A DNA stretch of 62,516 bases from a virus. Lineage: Duplodnaviria; Caudoviricetes. This document shows, in pieces, positions 57,547 to 62,516 of this stretch; the first letter of the stretch is position 1, and each line of letters starts with the position of its first letter. The notes beneath the pieces were generated by a model. It was given only the letters and a program-made list of their open reading frames with translations. It was not told where the DNA came from and ran no database searches. The stretch covers positions 1-62,516 of the IMG/VR virus record IMGVR_UViG_3300019889_000015; one strand, given 5' to 3'. The translations under genes and the position numbers were made by a program.

Positions 57547-57574
57547 GATCGTTTCTCCCCTTGCTATTGGTCGG

Positions 57575-58042
57575 TCAGTTGCTCGCGTCGGCCCGCGTAC
57601 GAACGATAGTGATCGTGCCGCCCCGCGCGAGATGCGTTCGATAGTTTTCGTGGTCGCGTCGGAACGAGACCGTCCCATCCTTGAGCGTGCGCACGCTGAC
57701 AACCGCGTGAGTGCCGCCCCAGATGTCGAACACAAGGTCCCCGGCGCGTAGCTCGGTCACGGGAACCTTGGTCGCGTCCGGCCGCACGTCGGCGATGTCG
57801 ACGATTGCCACGACCGGGGGTGCGTCATCCCCGGCGATACCGGCGATACGGTCGGCCGCGTGCTGGCAGGCGAGCAACTCGGCCGCTCCCCGGTCACCAG
57901 CGCCCCCTAGGCGCTCCCCGGCGAACCGGACCACCCACTCTTGCCCCGGCCTGAGTGCCGGGTCGTCAGCGGGCTCGTAGCGCCCCGCATACTCGATCTC
58001 GACGGAGTAACGGCTGTCGCGCGTCCCATCTCGGTGAAACAT
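57575..58042 (-). CDS. cassette gene, hypothetical
   Basis: ATG follows element copy 2. Confidence 0.7.
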   Translation of the reverse strand: MFHRDGTRDSRYSVEIEYAGRYEPADDPALRPGQEWVVRFAGERLGGAGDRGAAELLACQHAADRIAGIAGDDAPPVVAIVDIADVRPDATKVPVTELRAGDLVFDIWGGTHAVVSVRTLKDGTVSFRRDHENYRTHLARGGTITIVRTRADASN

Positions 58043-58133
58043 GGTCGTTCTCCTCGCTCGGTTGTGAGGTTGCCCGGTCGGGCACGACACGCGACAGCTC
58101 CCCGGTAACTGTCGCGCATCGTGCGCGGTCGGG
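58043..58133 (-). repeat. intergenic structured element, copy 2
   Basis: Near-identical to copies 3 and 4. Confidence 0.9.
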
Positions 58134-58352
58134 TCAGTGCTCGCGCTCGTACGGGTCGATGCCTAGCCGTACCCTGACGGTCTCGTCGAGCTTGCACGGT
58201 TCGATCGTCAGCGTCCCATCAGCCTTGAGCGCGAAGACGATCAGCCCGCTCCCGTTGGGCGACTCGAATCGGATCGTCCGCTCGTTTGGGTAGTCACGGC
58301 GCGTCAACGGCGGTTCGGTGTCCACCATGATCCGGCTACGCGTGTTGCACAT
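58134..58352 (-). CDS. cassette gene, hypothetical
   Basis: Exactly fills the space between copies 2 and 3. Confidence 0.7.
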   Translation of the reverse strand: MCNTRSRIMVDTEPPLTRRDYPNERTIRFESPNGSGLIVFALKADGTLTIEPCKLDETVRVRLGIDPYEREH

Positions 58353-58442
58353 GATCGTTCTCCTCGCTCGGTTGTGAGGTTGCCCGGTCGGGCACGACAC
58401 GCGGCAGCTCCCCGGTAGCTGTCGCGCATCGTGTGCGGTCGG
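58353..58442 (-). repeat. intergenic structured element, copy 3
   Basis: tgccc-GACC-gggca variant. Confidence 0.9.
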
Positions 58443-58610
58443 TTAGAAACCCTCCGGTAATTCGTAGGGACGCCACACGCGGGCGATGTGCGCCCGGTAC
58501 CGGTCCGCCCCGTTGCCGACGTGACTCCCGCATCGACAGTTCCCCCATGGGCTCACGACGTGCGCCTTTACGACTTGTTGGAAATGTTCGGGCGATCCGT
58601 GCACGATCAT
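58443..58610 (-). CDS. cassette gene, small Cys/His protein
   Basis: H...CRCG...H; exactly fills the space between copies 3 and 4. Confidence 0.7.
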   Translation of the reverse strand: MIVHGSPEHFQQVVKAHVVSPWGNCRCGSHVGNGADRYRAHIARVWRPYELPEGF

Positions 58611-58701
58611 GATCGTTCTCCTCGCTCGGTTGGTGAGGTTGCCCGGTCGGGCACGACACGCGACAGCTCCCCGGTAGCTGTCGCGCATCGTGCGCGGTCG
58701 G
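58611..58701 (-). repeat. intergenic structured element, copy 4
   Basis: gcacgatgcgcgacagct / agctgtcgcgtgtcgtgc stem. Confidence 0.9.
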
Positions 58702-59301
58702 TCAGCCGTCCGCTTTGGCCTTGTGGATCATGCGCAAGATCTTCTTGGCAAGGTCCGGCGACAGGTCCCGCGCGACGATCGTCACGGCGGTTCCTTGGTA
58801 GTTGGATTCGGCTTTCAGCTCGTAGCCCCAGCTAACCTCTGTGCCGTGACCACGCTCGCCGACGTGCGCCCCCGGTGCGAGCTTGCTCAACGACTCGCCC
58901 AGCTTGGCGCGCCCCACTTCCGCCTCGTCGCGCTTGCGTAGCGCGGCCTGTGCCCTTGCCAGTTCCGCTCGGTATTCGGGCAGTACGCGCGTCGCTATGG
59001 CCTTTGCTATGGCCTTAGCGCCCCGCTCGGTCGCCACGGTCGCCCTGACGTTCGCGAGGCCGGGGTAGACCTCGCTGTACGCGCCGAGGGGGTAGTTCCC
59101 GCTAGCCTCGATGCGTGACGCGTCGTCATAGCTATTGCGGCCGCTTGCGGCTAGGTGGATCCGCGCCCCGTCCGGTCCGGCCAGCATGCAGTCATGATCA
59201 TATTTCGATGCCTCGACTACCCACGACTGGCCATCGGCAGCCGTCAGCTCGCGTGCGACGTCGGGCGCGATAGCCCGTATCGTCTCGGTGCCCTTGTTCA
59301 T
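58702..59301 (-). CDS. cassette gene, hypothetical
   Basis: Exactly fills the space between copies 4 and 5. Confidence 0.75.
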   Translation of the reverse strand: MNKGTETIRAIAPDVARELTAADGQSWVVEASKYDHDCMLAGPDGARIHLAASGRNSYDDASRIEASGNYPLGAYSEVYPGLANVRATVATERGAKAIAKAIATRVLPEYRAELARAQAALRKRDEAEVGRAKLGESLSKLAPGAHVGERGHGTEVSWGYELKAESNYQGTAVTIVARDLSPDLAKKILRMIHKAKADG

Positions 59302-59398
59302 GATCGTTCTCCTCGCTCGGTTGTGAGGTCGTCCGGTCGGACGTGGCGCGCGGACAGTTACCCCGGTCGGGTCGCTGTCGCGCACCATGCGCGGTCGG
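59302..59398 (-). repeat. intergenic structured element, copy 5
   Basis: Variant with enlarged apical loop. Confidence 0.9.
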
Positions 59399-59929
59399 TC
59401 AGGGGCGCCTGTAACCGTCGGTACCGTCGAGCTTGTCGGCGAGACTTTCGATCTCGGCGCGCGCGTCGTCGGTCAGCGGCTCAACGAGCCACCGCGACCC
59501 CCACCGATACCCGGTCTCCGGGCACTGTGGCGTGTTGTCGAGCCGGTATCTGCTGCGCTTGTCCCACGACACGTTGTCGGGCACCGTGACGGCCGTTTGA
59601 TGCGCGCAACCCGCGCGCATGTCGTTGAGATGCCAGCGCTCCCACGCGCGACGTAGCGCCCCGATCTCGTCGAGCGTCCACCCCGGCGCCGGGGTCGTGA
59701 TCTCGTTGAGAATGTCGACGATCTGCCCGGCGCCGTCGCTGTCGCGACGACGCGACCTCTCGCGGAACGTGTGACCCATCATCGACACGCGCTCGTGTGC
59801 CCTGATGCCGTGGTGGTCGATTGTCTCGGCGGGCACGCTTTCGCTTTCCCACGCCTGCCATGCGATCGTGATCTCGACGTAGACACTCTCGCCATCGCCG
59901 GTCTTGCCGATGAATCCTTGCCGTTCCAT
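59399..59929 (-). CDS. cassette gene, conserved phage protein
   Basis: GQI...W.RWHLNDMRAGC.HQ...GYRWGS.WL.EPL motif. Confidence 0.8.
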   Translation of the reverse strand: MERQGFIGKTGDGESVYVEITIAWQAWESESVPAETIDHHGIRAHERVSMMGHTFRERSRRRDSDGAGQIVDILNEITTPAPGWTLDEIGALRRAWERWHLNDMRAGCAHQTAVTVPDNVSWDKRSRYRLDNTPQCPETGYRWGSRWLVEPLTDDARAEIESLADKLDGTDGYRRP

Positions 59930-60028
59930 GGTCGTTCTCCTCGCTCGGTCGTTGCTCGGTCGTCCGGTCGGACGTGGCACGCGGACAGTTACCCGGTCGG
60001 GTCGCTGTCGCGCACCATGCGCGGTCGG
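59930..60028 (-). repeat. intergenic structured element, copy 6
   Basis: Most similar to copy 5. Confidence 0.9.
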
Positions 60029-60259
60029 TCAGGCTTCCGGGTTAACGTGCACGTCGAATTCAGCCGTGTGGAAGCCGATCACGGCCAGCACGCGGAAGCC
60101 TTGATGTGTCACGAGCGAGTCAGCGTGCCCGGCATTCGCAGCCCCCTTGACCGTGATCACTTCCGATCGAACGCGCGTGAGCGTTACCTCGGGGTAACCG
60201 TGCACGGTCGTCTGTGCGAATGTCAGCGTCTCGCCGACGATAAAGTCAGGTCGAATCAT
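60029..60259 (-). CDS. cassette gene, hypothetical
   Basis: Exactly fills the space between copies 6 and 7. Confidence 0.7.
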   Translation of the reverse strand: MIRPDFIVGETLTFAQTTVHGYPEVTLTRVRSEVITVKGAANAGHADSLVTHQGFRVLAVIGFHTAEFDVHVNPEA

Positions 60260-60347
60260 GGTTGATCTCCTCGCTCGGTTGGGTCGTCCGGCCGGACGTG
60301 GCACGCGACAGGTTCCCCCGTCGCTGTCGCGCATCACGCTCGGTCGG
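60260..60347 (-). repeat. intergenic structured element, copy 7
   Basis: cgtcc-GGCC-ggacg variant. Confidence 0.9.
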
Positions 60348-60659
60348 TCAGCCGTGAGAGACGCGTACGCCACCGCGCGGACCGAACTCGACAAGCCGGT
60401 CAGGGTAAGGGTCGGACGTCTCGCGAGGGTCGGACAGATACAGACTCATGCTCGCGCGATCGTCGACGCTCGGAGTCAGCGTTGTGTCGGTCCTGCCGTT
60501 CGCGTAGGTGAACGTCTGAGGCTGCCAGTAGCCAATGTTCGCGCGGTCCGCGAATGCCTCGCGCGCGGCAGCCATGCTCGGGAACGTCTCCAGGTGATCG
60601 TCAAGGTAGGACGGCCCGTAGCTACTGCCACCGTTCCAAAGTGCGAATAGCGTCATCAT
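60348..60659 (-). CDS. cassette gene, conserved actinophage protein
   Basis: W.GGSSY...E.F.S...A...YPD....GPRGGV motif. Confidence 0.75.
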   Translation of the reverse strand: MMTLFALWNGGSSYGPSYLDDHLETFPSMAAAREAFADRANIGYWQPQTFTYANGRTDTTLTPSVDDRASMSLYLSDPRETSDPYPDRLVEFGPRGGVRVSHG

Positions 60660-60705
60660 GATCGTTTCTCCTCGCTCGGTCGTGCTCGGTCGGTCGTCCG
60701 GTCGG
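60660..60705 (-). repeat. intergenic element, copy 8 (large hairpin deleted)
   Basis: Keeps ccgaccggacgacc and the RBS half only. Confidence 0.8.
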
Positions 60706-60882
60706 TCAGGCTACGTCGAGAGTCGCGCTGGCCCCGCTGGTCTCGCGATCCTCAACGGCGTGCCGATAACCGCGCGCAAACGCGATCGAGTAGCCCGTTA
60801 GCTCCGCGTAAGTGAGCGTGCGAGACGTGCCTACGTCGTAGCCCGCTAGGTAGTCTTTGTCGCGCTGCTGTTGTCGCGTCAT
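60706..60882 (-). CDS. cassette gene (58 aa)
   Basis: Hand translation MTRQQQRDKDYLAGYDVG...; ATG and TGA abut elements. Confidence 0.7.
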   Translation of the reverse strand: MTRQQQRDKDYLAGYDVGTSRTLTYAELTGYSIAFARGYRHAVEDRETSGASATLDVA

Positions 60883-60980
60883 GATCGTTGCTCCTCGCTC
60901 GGTCGTGCTCGGTTGGTTGTCCGGTCGGACATGGCACGCGACAGGTTCCCCCGTCGCTGTCGCGCACCACGCTCGGCCGG
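60883..60980 (-). repeat. intergenic structured element, copy 9
   Basis: tgtcc-GACC-ggaca variant. Confidence 0.9.
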
Positions 60981-62012
60981 TCAGTGCCGGTCAGCGTTGC
61001 CGGTCAGTTCGTCCGTGTCGATCCCCTCGCTGTCGGCCCAGTCGTTGAACCCGCAGCGGTAGGCCGTGGGGTCGATCTCGCGCAGCACGCGCGACGGCTG
61101 ATAGGTCAGCTCGCCGATAGTGACCGGCCCGTCGATCTCGTCGATCATGTCGTCATAACGCTCATAAACCTCATCCCACGACAGCGGCTCGTCGTCGTCG
61201 TCATCGTCGTCGGTCTCGGCGTCGTCGGTCTCGGCGACGCTGACCGAGTAGGAGAGGCCTAGGTCGTGGTCGCCGTCATATCCGGGCGTCGCGCCGTGAA
61301 CAGTGCCCGTACCGTCGGCCGCTAGGCCATGTTCGGCCAACCATTCGGACATCTCGCCCTGCCAATGCGCGGCCGTCCCCAGTACGGCGAGCGTTTCACG
61401 CGTGGCCGTGTATTCGCCGGACCAATTGCCGTCCACCCACTCTGGGGAGTTATCCTCGCCCCGTTCGCGCTCGTCCGCGAGGTATTCCCATGCCTCTTGC
61501 GCGCTGTCAAAAACGGCGGGCTCGTCGCCGCCCGTGGGCAGGTATCCGGGCACGTTGATCGTTGCGACGTAGCGCGTTGCGGGCTCGGTCGTCGGCGACT
61601 TGATCTCGTAGAGATCGACTGACCAGACGGGCCGCACGCCATACTCGGCCGACATCCACACGTTGTAGTTGACGACGTACGGGTGACCGTCGAGACCGAC
61701 AAACACACTGTCGCGGTCGGACACAGCCATGCCGTTGAAATCGGCCATGTCGTCGAACACGACGAGACCGTCATCGGCCACGTTGGACACGCTGATCTCA
61801 GTGGGCAGGTAGTCAGGCACACCGTGGAAGATCACAAACGTGTTGCCGTAGTAGTCAGTTTGGATCAGCGAACCGTCGCGTGCGACGTAATCCGGGCGGA
61901 TCACCAACGGCAGTCCGGGGATGCGGTCAGATGCGGCCGTTGGCCAGACCACATGGTGCCCGCCTTGCGCGTTGCTGGTGCTGGGGATGGTCGTCATGTT
62001 GTTGTCAGTCAT
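60981..62012 (-). CDS. acidic multi-domain protein, first gene of the array
   Basis: 343 aa; poly-Asp linker; C-terminal EIDPTAYRCGFNDWAD domain. Confidence 0.75.
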   Translation of the reverse strand: MTDNNMTTIPSTSNAQGGHHVVWPTAASDRIPGLPLVIRPDYVARDGSLIQTDYYGNTFVIFHGVPDYLPTEISVSNVADDGLVVFDDMADFNGMAVSDRDSVFVGLDGHPYVVNYNVWMSAEYGVRPVWSVDLYEIKSPTTEPATRYVATINVPGYLPTGGDEPAVFDSAQEAWEYLADERERGEDNSPEWVDGNWSGEYTATRETLAVLGTAAHWQGEMSEWLAEHGLAADGTGTVHGATPGYDGDHDLGLSYSVSVAETDDAETDDDDDDDEPLSWDEVYERYDDMIDEIDGPVTIGELTYQPSRVLREIDPTAYRCGFNDWADSEGIDTDELTGNADRH

Positions 62013-62048
62013 GGTCGGCGCCTCTCGTGTGCTCGGTTGGTAGGTCGA

Positions 62049-62100
62049 ACACTACGGCCGTTCTACGTACGGCACAACGTATGGCACAACGTACGGCATA
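62049..62100 (-). promoter_or_regulatory. leftward promoter with 12-bp tandem repeats
   Basis: TTGTGC-N17-TAGTGT on the minus strand; cgta(c/t)ggcacaa x2.9. Confidence 0.6.
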
Positions 62101-62147
62101 TTGTTACAACATCGTTATACGCACCTATGGCACAAGGTGATCTTGAT

Positions 62148-62450
62148 ATGCCTAGTCAGCCATGGTCACAGGGCTATAAGGGCTTTCCTACTGCCATGCG
62201 TAGGCGCATATTGCGGGAGGAGAAGCATTGCCGGGTGTGTGGGGAGATAGCCACGGTGGCGGATCACATCGTGGGGCATGCCGATGGTGTGGCCATGGGT
62301 TGGACGTTGACCAGGATTCACAGCAGAGCCAATGGTCAGGCGTTGTGTGATGACTGCCACGATGCGAAGACAGAAGCGGAAAAGAAACGCGGTCGTGAAC
62401 GTAGATCGATCAAGCGTCGGCCAGAGTCGCATCCTGGCCTGATGGGTTGA
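62148..62450 (+). CDS. HNH endonuclease (terminase-associated)
   Basis: CRVC...DHI...N.QALC..CH..KT; upstream of terS on the circular map. Confidence 0.88.
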   Translation: MPSQPWSQGYKGFPTAMRRRILREEKHCRVCGEIATVADHIVGHADGVAMGWTLTRIHSRANGQALCDDCHDAKTEAEKKRGRERRSIKRRPESHPGLMG

Positions 62451-62516
62451 GGATCATTCTCACCTGGTGGGTACCGGGGGTGGGTATACCCTCCCCGTCC
62501 CGCCAGGCGGCGGCGG

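Noticed and set aside
56065-60394. ORF-track N-termini such as MSCPTGQPHNRARRTI as a shared leader peptide
   Set aside because: They come from reading through the repeat; the RBS-backed ATG is downstream and indels between copies break the frame.
56485-60980. CRISPR array
   Set aside because: Repeats are ~90 nt, the spacers are whole ORFs of 168-600 nt, and there is no cas operon; the 46128 nuclease is a typical phage exonuclease.
56485-60980. Classical integron attC sites
   Set aside because: No tyrosine integrase is encoded and I did not see RYYYAAC/GTTRRRY boxes framing the stems; only the architecture is analogous.
62451-62516. Exact cos overhang
   Set aside because: The position between HNH and terS fits cos, but the overhang cannot be defined without read-end data.
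1-62516. tRNA, rRNA, reverse transcriptase/DGR or IS elements
   Set aside because: None recognised by eye; tRNAscan-SE and HMM searches would be needed to exclude them fully.

Overview
This looks like a complete or near-complete ~62.5 kb genome of a high-GC temperate actinobacterial siphophage. It opens at terS and ends just after an HNH gene, so the cos site should lie at the window junction. Left arm (154-24482, +): terminases, portal, head genes, tail genes including a chaperone pair and a tape measure with an M23 domain, a lysis cassette, and a second fibre-like module. Centre: accessory genes (DUF397-like, Lsr2-like plus C2H2 fingers, HigA-like, methyltransferase, lipoprotein, LPXTG protein), a large serine integrase, and a repressor/Cro switch with a phiRv1-type RDF candidate. 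Right arm: RuvC, exonuclease, SSB-like, Prim-Pol, AAA helicase, a candidate origin, late regulators and a glycosyltransferase. The most striking feature is at 56485-60980: an array of unrelated small minus-strand ORFs, each slotted exactly (ATG to stop) between copies of a ~90-nt element that folds on the coding strand into two abutting, covarying hairpins followed by a fixed RBS. A candidate small RNA at ~24534-24769 exposes a loop complementary to that RBS. All protein calls come from motif recognition by eye; no searches or folding programs were run.
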